Assembly: GCA_963841335.1 (NCBI GenBank)
Contig: CAWJCF010000001.1
Coordinates: 2,087,912 to 2,151,911 of the forward strand
Length of the DNA stretch: 64,000 bases
DNA from: an uncultured Acidobacteriaceae bacterium
GTDB lineage: Bacteria; Acidobacteriota; Terriglobia; Terriglobales; Acidobacteriaceae
Reading direction: 5' to 3'
Shown here one piece after another: positions 25,857 to 38,660 of the stretch. Position 1 is the first letter of the stretch. The number at the start of each line of letters is the position of its first letter. Under the pieces are notes generated by a model, which ran no database searches, was not told where the DNA came from, and saw only the letters and a program-made list of their open reading frames with translations. Both the position numbers and the translations under genes were made by a program.

Positions 25857-26291
25857 TTAGAGGGTATCGCGTGTGGAGGGGTTGGGTGTTGTTGTGGTGT
25901 TGGGATTTTGTAGCTTTTGTGTAAGGAAAAAGCGGTCGAAGGCTGCTGTCAGGGTGATCGCGAGGATGTAAGCGGCGATGTTTTTGAGGGAGAAGTAGCG
26001 GCCGAGGAGGATTCGGCCGGGGAGGGTGAGGCGGAAGGCGTCGATGGGTGGGATGGGGATGAGGCGGGTGAGTTCGAGGAGAGCGGCGATTGTGATGGCG
26101 AGCGCGGCGAGGGTTTTGGGGCGGAGTTTGGGGAGGAGGGTGGCTAGGAACCAGTAGAGGGCTGCGGCCCAGAGGACGGAGCCGAGGTATTTGTAGAGGA
26201 ACCACGGGAGGTGGAGCGGAAGGAAGCGAACGGCGAGGCCGAGGGGGATGGTGATAAGGAGAAGGATGAGGGAGGTTATGGAGCGGCGCAT
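25857..26291 (-). CDS. DUF2809-like membrane protein
   Basis: 144 aa, four TM helices, YLGSVLWAAALYWF motif. Located 10 nt upstream of the GH57 gene start on the same strand. Confidence 0.65.
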   Translation of the reverse strand: MRRSITSLILLLITIPLGLAVRFLPLHLPWFLYKYLGSVLWAAALYWFLATLLPKLRPKTLAALAITIAALLELTRLIPIPPIDAFRLTLPGRILLGRYFSLKNIAAYILAITLTAAFDRFFLTQKLQNPNTTTTPNPSTRDTL

Positions 26292-26352
26292 TCTGATTGT
26301 AAGTTTATGGACCTAGCGGGCCGCGGTTGACGAAAGTTGAAGATGAAAAGTA

Positions 26353-26634
26353 GATCCCCCATTCGACTTCGCTCAGGGCAGGCTCTTCGGGGATGTCAAC
26401 GACTAACAACTAAAGACGAAAGCGAAGGCGAAGACAAAAGCGAAATGCGAGGGTCCCTCCACTTCGCTGCGCTTCGGTCGGGATGACACGTTTTTTTTGC
26501 GGGTGTTGGGTTTTGGAAGATGTCTAACGGCAACAACGACGGCAAACGCAGATCCCCTTCGGAGATGACAACCAGAAAGGCAAGGGCAACAGCAACCGCA
26601 AGTTCAACGGCCACCGCAACGCCAATGCCAACGT
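26353..26634 (+). repeat. composite intergenic repeat (three '...gatg(a/t)ca(a)c' modules plus T-poor periodic tracts)
   Basis: Contains gatcccccattcgacttcgctcagggcaggctcttcggggatgtcaac, gggtccctccacttcgctgcgcttcggtcgggatgacac and gatccccttcggagatgacaac, separated by A/G/C-rich tracts. It abuts the stop codon of 26635..27351. Confidence 0.75.
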
Positions 26635-27351
26635 CTAGGTCCTTGGTTTGGCGAGGTCGCAGGCCCGCCATAGGTACCAGCTTGCGACGGAGGACCAGGG
26701 CTGCCATTTTTTTGCGCGGCGGTGCATCTCGTCGGGTTTGGGGAGGTCCATTGGGGTGACCTTGTCGGTGGGTTTTAGTTTGCCGAAGGTTAGAGCGAAG
26801 CCTTTGCGGACGCCGTAGTCGTCGACGGGTAGGACGTTGGGCCGGCCCAGGCGAAAGATTAATAACATTTCTACGGTCCAGCGGCCTATACCTCGGACTT
26901 GAACCAGATGTTCGATGATGGCTTCGTCGGGCATGCGGCGGATGGCGGCGAGTGTGGGGACGGTGCCGTCGATGGTTTTTGCGGCGAGGTCGCGGAGGGC
27001 GAGCATCTTGTTTTTGGAGAGGCCGGCGGCGCGGAGCTGCTCGTTGGGGCAGTCGAGGAGTTGCTGCGGGGTGGGATGGGTGCCTGTGCCTGGGGCTGCG
27101 AGAGTCATGACCGGGGCGAAGCTTTCGATCATGCGGCGGTGAATGGTGGCTGCGGCTTTGCCGTGTAGCTGTTGATAGATGATGGATTCGACGAGGGCTT
27201 CGAAGGGGGATTGGCCGCTGGCGACGCGGAGGGTGCAGGGACCGGCACGCTCGATGAGCTTCGCGAGCTTCGAGTCGCTGGCGGAGAGTTCGCGTGTGGC
27301 GAGGTCACGATCGTAGCTGGGAGCGCGCAGTTTCGTGGAAGAACGCGGCAT
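26635..27351 (-). CDS. DNA-3-methyladenine glycosylase II family (HhH-GPD) protein
   Basis: QQLHGKAAATIHRR......P.....L......LRAAGLS..K...LRDLA.......L..............L..VRGIGRWTVEMLLIF.LGRPNVLPVDDYG.RKG is the HhH-GPD pattern with the catalytic Asp. Confidence 0.85.
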   Translation of the reverse strand: MPRSSTKLRAPSYDRDLATRELSASDSKLAKLIERAGPCTLRVASGQSPFEALVESIIYQQLHGKAAATIHRRMIESFAPVMTLAAPGTGTHPTPQQLLDCPNEQLRAAGLSKNKMLALRDLAAKTIDGTVPTLAAIRRMPDEAIIEHLVQVRGIGRWTVEMLLIFRLGRPNVLPVDDYGVRKGFALTFGKLKPTDKVTPMDLPKPDEMHRRAKKWQPWSSVASWYLWRACDLAKPRT

Positions 27352-27578
27352 ATGTTTTGACGGTATCGCAGCGGCGGGAGAATGTCTTGCGCGAGAAGGA
27401 TAATTCGGACTAGATTGGTTTCCATTTACAAGTGGGATACCTATGCGGCAGGGTAGATGTTGTGGTGATTCGAATCGTTGAGAGGGCTGTGCACGAGATG
27501 TTGTGCAGGAGTATTGTCGGGCGGTTCGATAATCGGATGTTGCAGATGAAAAATCAGTTGCGGCGGTGAGGTGATGAG

Positions 27579-27606
27579 TTTCATGCGACTTTTCCGCTGC
27601 TATACT
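27579..27606 (+). promoter_or_regulatory. weak sigma70-like promoter candidate for the act-cox operon
   Basis: TTTCAT (27579-27584), a 16-nt spacer, then TATACT (27601-27606). This would give a ~155-nt leader before actA. Confidence 0.25.
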
Positions 27607-27766
27607 CGTAGTTTCTGAGAGTAGAAAAACCTGGGCTTACCCTGACGCGGACGCCCCAACCGCCGGCCATGAAGTGCTCGGCATAAACATGCAGGACGAA
27701 CCAACCATCGGAAGCAACTTCTCAACCCTTAGCTGAAGGCAAAGCAGAGGAAGCAGGAACCGACTC

Positions 27767-28620
27767 ATGGCGCAAGTTTTTGACCGCAGTTCGAACGCGC
27801 TGGCACGATTCAGCCTGGTATTGACGGGCGTAATTGTCATCGCGCTCGGCGTAACGCTAGACAATCTGCAGCGCTCGCCGTGGGTGACGCGGCAGGGACA
27901 GCGGCCGGATCAGCCGATCCCGTTCAGCCATAAGCACCATGTGGAAGGGCTGGGGCTGCAGTGCCAGTACTGCCACACGCAGGTGGAGAAGGCGGCGTAT
28001 GCGGGAATTCCGCCGACGAAGACCTGTATCAATTGCCATGCGCAGATCTGGACGAATGCCGATCTGCTGGAGCCGGTGCGGCAGAGTTGGGCGACGGGAG
28101 CTTCGATCCAGTGGATCCGGGTGCATGATCTTCCGGACTATGTTTATTTCAATCACGAGATTCATGTGAATAAGGGCATCGGGTGCGCGAGCTGTCATGG
28201 GCGCGTGGACGAGATGCCGCTGATGTATCAGCAGAACACGCTGCAGATGGAGTGGTGTTTGAACTGCCATCGCAATCCGGCGGTGAACCTGAGGCCGACG
28301 AGCGAGATCTACAACATGGCCTGGGCCGGGCCTTCGACGGATAAGCCTGTGTGGTGCACGAGCACGGATAAGGGCGGGGTGACGGCGCAGAATGTGAGCT
28401 GCACGACGACCGATCCTTCTGGCAAGGGGCCTGAGGTGGCGATGATGCAGAGCCCGGCTGAATCGCATGGCACGACGTCGAGCGATGTGCCTCCGCTGGG
28501 GATCACGATGCCGGCGAGCTATACGAAGTTTACGGATCAGATGGAGTTGGGCAAGTATCTAACTTCGCAGTACCACATTCGCAATCCTGAGCAGCTTTCG
28601 AGCTGCGAGACTTGCCACCG

Positions 28621-28624
<4 letters not shown>
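27767..28624 (+). CDS. actA: alternative complex III subunit ActA (pentahaem cytochrome c)
   Basis: N-terminal TM anchor plus five CxxCH motifs: CQYCH, CINCH, CASCH, CLNCH, CETCH. Confidence 0.9.
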
Positions 28625-31809
<3,185 letters not shown>

Positions 31810-31811
31810 CC

Positions 31812-33263
31812 ATGGCAACCAAAGGCCCCATCCATAACCCCAACGATCCGATCGTCGATCCCATGATCGACCCGCGCACCGGCGAGTATGCGGTCATTGC
31901 GCCGGGCCATAACTTCAGGTCGGTGACGCAGAAGATTGCGGGCATCGTGCTGACGTCGAACACGCCACTGGGATGGTTCTTCGGTTTGGTAGTGGCGGCC
32001 GGCGTTGCCATGGGCCTGGTGATTGGGTGCACGTGGCTGTTCCTGAAGGGCGTTGGGATCTGGGGCGTTACGATTCCGGGCGCGTGGGGCTTCGCGATCA
32101 TCAACTTTGTATGGTGGATCGGTATCGGCCACGCGGGCACGCTGATCTCGGCGATTCTTCTGTTGTTCAAGCAGACGTGGCGCAACTCGATTAACCGGTT
32201 TGCCGAGGCGATGACGATCTTCGCGGTGTGCTGCGCTGGTCTGTTCCCGCTGATTCACGTGGGCCGGCCCTGGCTGGCGTATTGGCTGTTCCCTTACCCG
32301 AACACGATGAATGTCTGGCCGCAGTTCCGCAGCCCGCTGGCTTGGGACGTGTTTGCGGTTTCGACGTATGCGTCGATCTCGGTGATCTTCTGGTATATGG
32401 GAATGATTCCTGACTTCGGGACGCTGCGCGACCGGGCGACGATGCCGGCGGCGAAGTACTTCTACGGGCTGCTGAGCCTGGGCTGGCGCGGTTCGACGCG
32501 GCACTGGATGCGGTATGAGTCGGCATCGCTGTTGCTGGCTGGACTTTCTACTCCGCTGGTGCTCTCGGTGCACACAGTCATCAGCTTCGACTTCGCGGTG
32601 GCGGCGCTGGCGGGGTGGCATACGACGATCTTCCCGCCTTATTTCGTCGCGGGCGCGGTGTATTCGGGATTTGCGATGGTGATTACGCTGGCGATTCCGC
32701 TGCGGAAGTTCTATCACCTGGAGGATCTGGTCACACTACGTCACCTGGACAATATGGCGAAGGTGATGCTGGCGACAGGCTCGATCGTGGGTTATGGGTA
32801 CGCGATGGAGGTCTTCATGGCGTGGTACTCGGCCAGCCACTGGGAGTTCTTCATGATGTGGAACCGTATGTTCGGGCCGATGGGCTGGGCGTACTGGATC
32901 CTGATCCTGACCAACCTGGCGATTCCGCTTACGACGCTGTGGTCGCGCAAGCTTCGGGTGAACGTGGCCTACCTGTTCGTGTTGTCGTTCATCATCAACA
33001 CCGGCATGTGGTTCGAGCGCTTCGTTATCGTCGTGACTAGCCTTTATCGCGAATATCTGCCTTCGAGCTGGGGCACTTACCGGGCGACGAAGTGGGACTA
33101 CATGATCTATGTGGGAACGCTGGGCATGTTCACGTTCCTGTTCTTCCTGTTCGTTCGCTTCCTGCCGATGATTCCGATGTCGGAGATTCGCATGATGCTG
33201 CCGCAGACGAAGGTCACGCGCGGCGGGGCGGATTCAGAGACTGTTAGCAAGGAGACTGCCTGA
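31812..33263 (+). CDS. actC: alternative complex III subunit ActC (NrfD/PsrC-like quinol-binding membrane subunit)
   Basis: About 10 TM helices and an NrfD-like pattern (WG..I..Y.FF.G...G). It starts 2 nt after the actB stop. Confidence 0.9.
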   Translation: MATKGPIHNPNDPIVDPMIDPRTGEYAVIAPGHNFRSVTQKIAGIVLTSNTPLGWFFGLVVAAGVAMGLVIGCTWLFLKGVGIWGVTIPGAWGFAIINFVWWIGIGHAGTLISAILLLFKQTWRNSINRFAEAMTIFAVCCAGLFPLIHVGRPWLAYWLFPYPNTMNVWPQFRSPLAWDVFAVSTYASISVIFWYMGMIPDFGTLRDRATMPAAKYFYGLLSLGWRGSTRHWMRYESASLLLAGLSTPLVLSVHTVISFDFAVAALAGWHTTIFPPYFVAGAVYSGFAMVITLAIPLRKFYHLEDLVTLRHLDNMAKVMLATGSIVGYGYAMEVFMAWYSASHWEFFMMWNRMFGPMGWAYWILILTNLAIPLTTLWSRKLRVNVAYLFVLSFIINTGMWFERFVIVVTSLYREYLPSSWGTYRATKWDYMIYVGTLGMFTFLFFLFVRFLPMIPMSEIRMMLPQTKVTRGGADSETVSKETA

Positions 33264-33805
33264 TGCCGCCGCGTGAGGGGATTTACGGATTGCTGGCCGA
33301 GTTCAATACTCCCGGTGAGTTGGTGCATGCTACCGAGGAGGCTCGCGCGGCGGGTTATCGCCGGATGGAGTGCTATACGCCGTATCCGGTGGAAGAGGCT
33401 GCGGAGGCGCTCGAGTTCCATAAGACGCGGGTGCCGCTGGTGTGCCTGCTGGGTGGAGTGATGGGCGTGACGACGGCGTTTCTGATGGAGACGTGGGTGA
33501 ACGTGTGGGCGTATCCGCTGAACATCGCGGGGCGACCGCTGTGGTCTTGGCCGGCGTTCATTATTCCGGCGTACGAATGGACGATTTTGTTTGCGGGATT
33601 CTCGGCGTGCTTTGGAATGATTGCGCTGAATGGATTACCGCAGCCGTATCATCCGCTGTTCAATGCGGCCAATTTCAGGAATGGGGCGACGACGGACAAG
33701 TTCTTTCTTTGCCTGGAGGCGACGGATCCCCTGTTTTCTCCTGACAGAACGCGGGCGTTTCTTGAGCAGTTCGACGCGGTCTCCGTGGTGGAGGTGGACC
33801 ACTAA
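33263..33805 (+). CDS. actD: alternative complex III subunit ActD (DUF3341)
   Basis: IYGLLAEFNTPGELVHATEEARAAGYRRMECYTPYPVEE followed by two TM helices. TGATG overlap with actC. Confidence 0.85.
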   Translation: MPPREGIYGLLAEFNTPGELVHATEEARAAGYRRMECYTPYPVEEAAEALEFHKTRVPLVCLLGGVMGVTTAFLMETWVNVWAYPLNIAGRPLWSWPAFIIPAYEWTILFAGFSACFGMIALNGLPQPYHPLFNAANFRNGATTDKFFLCLEATDPLFSPDRTRAFLEQFDAVSVVEVDH

Positions 33806-33852
33806 TGCGACGACAGGGACCAGGGCCTAGGGCCGAGGGAATAGAGAACGGC

Positions 33853-34632
33853 ATGCTGAAGTTCAACAAATTCGCGGCGTTTGGTGCGATGGCGGCGACT
33901 CTCGTCTTGGCCGGCTGCCGGCAGGACATGCAAGACCAGCCGAAGTTCTTTCCGCAGCGCGGGACGGATTTTTATGCGGATGGGCGCTCGGTGCGGCCGC
34001 AGGTGGAGAATACGGTCGCGCGAGGCCAGTTGCATGAGGACAGCTACTTCGCGACCGGCCTGGTGAATGGAAAAGAGGGTGACGGTCTGCCGTTTCCGGC
34101 GACGATGGCGGTCCTTCAGCGTGGACAGGAGCGGTACAACGTGTACTGCACGCCGTGCCACTCGCGCGTGGGCAATGGGATCGGGATGATCGTCCAGCGC
34201 GGATATGTGAAGGCCGGGAGTTTTCATTCGGCGCGGCTGGAGGCGGCTCCGCTGGGGCACTTCTTCCAGGTGATCTCGAATGGTTATGGAGCGATGCCAG
34301 ATTATGCATCGCAGATAACCCCCGAGGATCGCTGGGCGATTGTCGCTTATATCAAGGCGCTGCAGTTGAGCCAGAACGCGACCCAAACGGATGTGCCGGC
34401 GGGCCAGGAAGTTCAACCGCTGGCATCGATTGCCGATAAGCAGGGACTGCCCGCATCGTTTGCCGATGAGTGGACGCTGCCGCCGACCGCGGTGACCGGC
34501 ACGACCGATGGTGGCTTGTATGTTCTCCCGACGACTGGGGCAGCGGGAACGACGAATGGCGCTGCGCCGCCGGCGCACACGGGTTCAACGACTCCGTCCG
34601 GGACGCCCGGACAAACTGTACCGAAGCAGTAA
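33853..34632 (+). CDS. actE: alternative complex III subunit ActE (monohaem cytochrome c lipoprotein)
   Basis: Lipobox MLKFNKFAAFGAMAATLVLAGC. A single CTPCH haem motif plus a distal Met (GAMPDY). An alternative start is the TAATG overlap at 33805. Confidence 0.85.
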   Translation: MLKFNKFAAFGAMAATLVLAGCRQDMQDQPKFFPQRGTDFYADGRSVRPQVENTVARGQLHEDSYFATGLVNGKEGDGLPFPATMAVLQRGQERYNVYCTPCHSRVGNGIGMIVQRGYVKAGSFHSARLEAAPLGHFFQVISNGYGAMPDYASQITPEDRWAIVAYIKALQLSQNATQTDVPAGQEVQPLASIADKQGLPASFADEWTLPPTAVTGTTDGGLYVLPTTGAAGTTNGAAPPAHTGSTTPSGTPGQTVPKQ

Positions 34633-34665
34633 CCTCGGAAGCTTCCGAATGAAGGCTTGAAACAA

Positions 34666-36003
34666 ATGGCATCTGGACACGAACATCACGAAGCAGCGAA
34701 CGGCCACCACGATGACGGACCGCGTGTGCTGCCTGCCTCGCTCGCCGCGCCGACGATTGTCTCCGCGTGGCGCATGCGCGCGCTGATTGTCTTTGCGGTC
34801 GCTACCATCATCTCGGTACTTGCCTTCTCGTGGTCGCACGAAGGCCGGAACCATATTCTTCGCGCTTATCTGCTGGGTTACATGATCAGCTTCAGCTTTG
34901 CCGGCGGGGGGCTGGTATTGCTGATGCTGCAATATGTCTCGGGCGGCAAGTGGGGATTGTTGTTGCGCAGACCGCTTGAAGCGATGAGCCGGACGATCTG
35001 GTTTGTTGGGTTGCTTTTCGTGCCGATCATCTTCTTCTGGAAGCATCTGTATCAGTGGGCAGCGTTTCCGACGGCGGGAGCGGTGGCGCAGGCACTTGAG
35101 AATCATGCGGTGACGCTTGAACAAGCGATGACGCTGAATGCGAAGCGCGCGATGCTGAACCCGACTGCGGTGATTGTGCAGACGGTCATCATCTTCGCGA
35201 TTCTGTGGCTGTTTCAATACCTGCTGAACAAGTGGTCACTGCAGCGTGACGCCGACCCGGAGCGCGGGACCGAGCCGAGCTACGATCGCTGGCGGATCAA
35301 GTTCGAGAATCTCTCCGGACCGGGAATTTTGATCTATGTCATTCTGCTGACGGCGGGCGCGATCGACTGGATCAAGTCGTTGGACGTTACGTGGTACTCG
35401 TCGATCTGGGGGCTGCAGTTCCTGGTTGGGCAAGGGTATGGGGTACTGGCGCTGGGAATCCTGACGGTGATTCTGCTGTCGCGGTATGAGCCGATGAAGA
35501 CGATGCTGCGCAAGACGGAGCAGCACGATCTGGGCAAGCTGGCTTTTGCGTTTGTGATGTTGAACATCTATCTCTGTTTTGCGGAGTTCCTGATTATCTG
35601 GTCGGGCAATGTTCCGGACGAGATTCCGTGGTACCTGAACCGCATTCATGGCGGCTGGTGGGTTATCTGCTCGGCGGACTTTATCTGCCACTGGCTGATT
35701 CCCTTCTGCCTATTACTCTCTCGCGATTTGAAGCGGAACAAAGAGAAGATGATCTGGCTTACTTGTTTCATGATCTTCGCGCGGTGCCTGGATATGTTCT
35801 GGCTGATTGAGCCGAACTTTCCGGATGCGGCGGGGAATCTGCACATCGCCGGCAATATAGGAATTCTTGCTTACCTGACTGTGCCTGTGGCTGTGCTTTC
35901 GCTGTGGGCGTGGTTTTATTTCGGAGAATTACAAGCGCGTCCTCTGATTGCCACAAACGATCCTCACGTGGAAGAGATGCTGGAGCCCGAACATGCCCAC
36001 TAA
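34666..36003 (+). CDS. actF: alternative complex III subunit ActF (second NrfD-like membrane subunit)
   Basis: About 10 TM helices in the position after actE. ATG 34666 has GAAGG 10 nt upstream (TTG 34657 is also possible). Confidence 0.8.
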   Translation: MASGHEHHEAANGHHDDGPRVLPASLAAPTIVSAWRMRALIVFAVATIISVLAFSWSHEGRNHILRAYLLGYMISFSFAGGGLVLLMLQYVSGGKWGLLLRRPLEAMSRTIWFVGLLFVPIIFFWKHLYQWAAFPTAGAVAQALENHAVTLEQAMTLNAKRAMLNPTAVIVQTVIIFAILWLFQYLLNKWSLQRDADPERGTEPSYDRWRIKFENLSGPGILIYVILLTAGAIDWIKSLDVTWYSSIWGLQFLVGQGYGVLALGILTVILLSRYEPMKTMLRKTEQHDLGKLAFAFVMLNIYLCFAEFLIIWSGNVPDEIPWYLNRIHGGWWVICSADFICHWLIPFCLLLSRDLKRNKEKMIWLTCFMIFARCLDMFWLIEPNFPDAAGNLHIAGNIGILAYLTVPVAVLSLWAWFYFGELQARPLIATNDPHVEEMLEPEHAH

Positions 36004-36667
36004 CGATCATGATTTGAATAAGCCACCGGCGCACGATCCGCATGTTCGCGATGACGACCATCCGGGGTATGAGATTACGGACGTCAATGCCGGCGGCATC
36101 GTTGTGTTTCTGGCTGGACTATTTGGTTCCGTGTGCGTCTTTTTCCTGTTGTGCTATGGCATCGGCATCCTGATCAATGGCGGCATCAGGAAACAGGACG
36201 GGCCGGAGACGAAGTGGAACCAGGTTGCGGGTGAGACGAACGGTAAACGCCAAGACCTGGTGAGCAATCCTGAGATGCAGCAGAAAGAGCTGCAGCAGGT
36301 GACCTCGGCGTTTCCTGAGCCACGTTTGGATATCGATGACGGCAACCAGGCGACAGCGGACCTGCATGCCCGCGAGGATCTTCTGCTGAATAACTACAGC
36401 AACTCACCTTCTGCGCCGGGATCGATTCGGATTCCAATCTCACGCGCGATGGAGATTATTGCGCAGCGTGGCCTGCCGGTGAATACACAGACGGCCGAGA
36501 CGGCGGTTGCAATGACCGGGGATGAGAAGCCAGTGGTGCAGGCTCCGTTGACCTCGGGGTTTGCGCGCACGGGGTATGAGCTGGAAACGATCGAAGCTCG
36601 CGAGCAGAAGCTGAACTATGGCAAGGCGCAGGCAGAGAACAAAGCGGAACTTGCTCCGGCGAAGTAA
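35993..36667 (+). CDS. single-pass membrane protein of unknown function embedded in the act-cox operon
   Basis: ATG 35993 overlaps the actF end by 11 nt. One TM helix (GGIVVFLAGLFGSVCVFFLLCYGIGILI) and a ~150-aa extracytoplasmic domain (FPEPRLDID....DL.ARED..L..Y......GSIRIPISRAMEIIAQRGLP). Confidence 0.7.
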   Translation: MPTNDHDLNKPPAHDPHVRDDDHPGYEITDVNAGGIVVFLAGLFGSVCVFFLLCYGIGILINGGIRKQDGPETKWNQVAGETNGKRQDLVSNPEMQQKELQQVTSAFPEPRLDIDDGNQATADLHAREDLLLNNYSNSPSAPGSIRIPISRAMEIIAQRGLPVNTQTAETAVAMTGDEKPVVQAPLTSGFARTGYELETIEAREQKLNYGKAQAENKAELAPAK

Positions 36668-36705
36668 CCGATAACCGGACTAGATTTAAGATAGAGAAGA
36701 ACAGC

Positions 36706-37614
36706 ATGAGGCAGAGGCGGACAATGCGAGGGGGTTGGCAGGCAGCGGCGATTCTTGGCTGCGCGCTGCTGAGCGCCTCTTTGCCGGCGCAGGTCTCAAG
36801 CTATGGGGATAAGGAAAGCGGCGAGAACACGGGCGATCAGCTGCCGCAGGTGCTGCAAAAGGTTGGGGTTTCGCAGCACTTGAATCAGCAGTTGCCGCTG
36901 GATGCTGCGTTTGTGGATGAGACGGGCAGGACGGTGAAGCTTGGCGACTACTTCGGCAAGAAGCCAGCCATTCTGTCGCTGGTTTACTACACCTGTCCGA
37001 TGCTTTGCTCTGAGGAGCTGGATGGCCTGACGAGCTCGCTCGAGATGGTAAAGCTGACACCGGGCAAGGACTTCGATGTCGTGATTGTGAGCATTGATCC
37101 GAGTGATACGCCAGCACAGGCGGCGAAGTCAAAGGCGCTGTATGTGAAGCGCTACGGGCGTCCGGAGACGGCTACGGGTTGGCACTTCCTCACCGGCCAG
37201 CGTCCGGCGATCGATGCGGTCACGAATGCGGTTGGTTTCGGGTATGTCCGGGTTCCCGGACCGGATGGGAAGCTGTCGCAGTTTGCCCATGCCAGCTCGA
37301 TTGAGATTGTGACGCCCGAGGGCAAGCTTGCCCAGTACTACCTCGGGGTGGAGTACTCGCCAAAGGACATGCTGCTGGGGTTGATCGATGCATCGGGCAA
37401 CAAGATTGGCTCGCCGGTGGCGAATATTCTGACGTACTGCTACCACTATGATCCGCAGACGAACAAGCACTCGCTGATAGTCGCGCGAGTGGTCCAGCTT
37501 GGCGGGATGATCACTGTGGCCGGGCTGGGCGGCTTTATGTTTCTGATGTTCCGGAGAGACGTCAACGTTGCGCGCGAACATGACCTGACGAAGAAAGAAA
37601 TGGATAAAGGGTAA
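36706..37614 (+). CDS. SCO1/SenC family copper chaperone (thioredoxin fold) with extra C-terminal TM helix
   Basis: Signal/anchor sequence, CxxxC motif YYTCPMLCSEEL, a conserved downstream His (FAHAS), and a C-terminal hydrophobic segment. Confidence 0.85.
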   Translation: MRQRRTMRGGWQAAAILGCALLSASLPAQVSSYGDKESGENTGDQLPQVLQKVGVSQHLNQQLPLDAAFVDETGRTVKLGDYFGKKPAILSLVYYTCPMLCSEELDGLTSSLEMVKLTPGKDFDVVIVSIDPSDTPAQAAKSKALYVKRYGRPETATGWHFLTGQRPAIDAVTNAVGFGYVRVPGPDGKLSQFAHASSIEIVTPEGKLAQYYLGVEYSPKDMLLGLIDASGNKIGSPVANILTYCYHYDPQTNKHSLIVARVVQLGGMITVAGLGGFMFLMFRRDVNVAREHDLTKKEMDKG

Positions 37615-37616
37615 CG

Positions 37617-38660
37617 ATGCATATCAGTCCAGTGTTGTGGCAATTTCTGGTGAAGTGGCTCAATAACTCCGCGCTGTTTCCGCGGGAGGCCTCTACCATT
37701 GCGCCTTACGCCGATGCGCTGTATTTCTTCCTGCTGCTGCTCACGGTGGTTGGGTTGTCGCTGGTGTGCGCCCTTGTCTTCGGCTTCTCGATTCGCTATC
37801 GGAAGGAAAAGAACCCTGTCGCCACTCATATTGAGGGCTCGACGCTGCTTGAAGCGACGTGGACCATTATTCCGCTGGCGCTCTTTCTGATTGTGTTTGT
37901 CTGGGGGGCGCTGCTGTACTTCCGCATCTATAATCCGCCGACAAATGCAATGAATATTTACATCGTCGGCAAGCAGTGGATGTGGAAGGCGGAGCATCCC
38001 GGCGGTCAGCATGAGATCAATGCGCTGCATGTACCGATTGGCCGCAATGTGCAGCTGACGATGATCTCGCAGGATGTGTTCCATAGCTTTTCGATTCCGG
38101 ACTTTCGCGTGAAGCGCGAGGTAATTCCCGGGCGTTACTCAACGGTGTGGTTCAATGCGACGACTCCAGGGACATATCACATCTTCTGCACGCAGTACTG
38201 TGGGACGAACCACTCGGTGATGATCGGCGAAGTGACTGCGATGAGTCCAGATGATTACGAGAAGTGGACGCAGACGTCGACGAGCGGCACGTCGCTGTCG
38301 CAGAATGGCGAACGGTTGTTTGCCAGCATGGGCTGCAATGCCTGCCATTCGGGCAGCGCGGCGGCTCGCGGGCCGAATCTCGCGGGAGTGTATGGCTCAA
38401 AGCTGCAACTGACGAATGGATCTGAGGTTCTGGTGAACGACGCCTACCTGCGGGATTCAATTTTGAACCCGTCGCAGCACATTACAGCGGGATATGCTCC
38501 GATTATGCCGACATACCAGGGGCAGATCAGTGAAGATGGCCTGATTGACCTGGTGGAGTACATCAAGGGATTGAAGACCAACTACCGTGTGCAGCAGACG
38601 CTGACCACGTCACAGTCGAACCAAGCGGCGCCGACAACGCCGGGGGTGGTAAAGCCATGA
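37617..38660 (+). CDS. coxB: cytochrome c oxidase subunit II with C-terminal cytochrome c domain (caa3-type)
   Basis: Two TM helices. CuA site HSF...[13 protein letters not shown]-terminal haem c motif CNACHSG. Confidence 0.9.
   Translation: MHISPVLWQFLVKWLNNSALFPREASTIAPYADALYFFLLLLTVVGLSLVCALVFGFSIRYRKEKNPVATHIEGSTLLEATWTIIPLALFLIVFVWGALLYFRIYNPPTNAMNIYIVGKQWMWKAEHPGGQHEINALHVPIGRNVQLTMISQDVFHSFSIPDFRVKREVIPGRYSTVWFNATTPGTYHIFCTQYCGTNHSVMIGEVTAMSPDDYEKWTQTSTSGTSLSQNGERLFASMGCNACHSGSAAARGPNLAGVYGSKLQLTNGSEVLVNDAYLRDSILNPSQHITAGYAPIMPTYQGQISEDGLIDLVEYIKGLKTNYRVQQTLTTSQSNQAAPTTPGVVKP

Noticed and set aside
26396-26759. ORFs 26396..26707 (minus) and 26520..26759 (plus) in the DUF2809/glycosylase spacer
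   Set aside because: They lie entirely in the composite intergenic repeat and translate to low-complexity K/G/N/S/T or mirror-image sequence. The plus ORF also runs antisense into the glycosylase gene.
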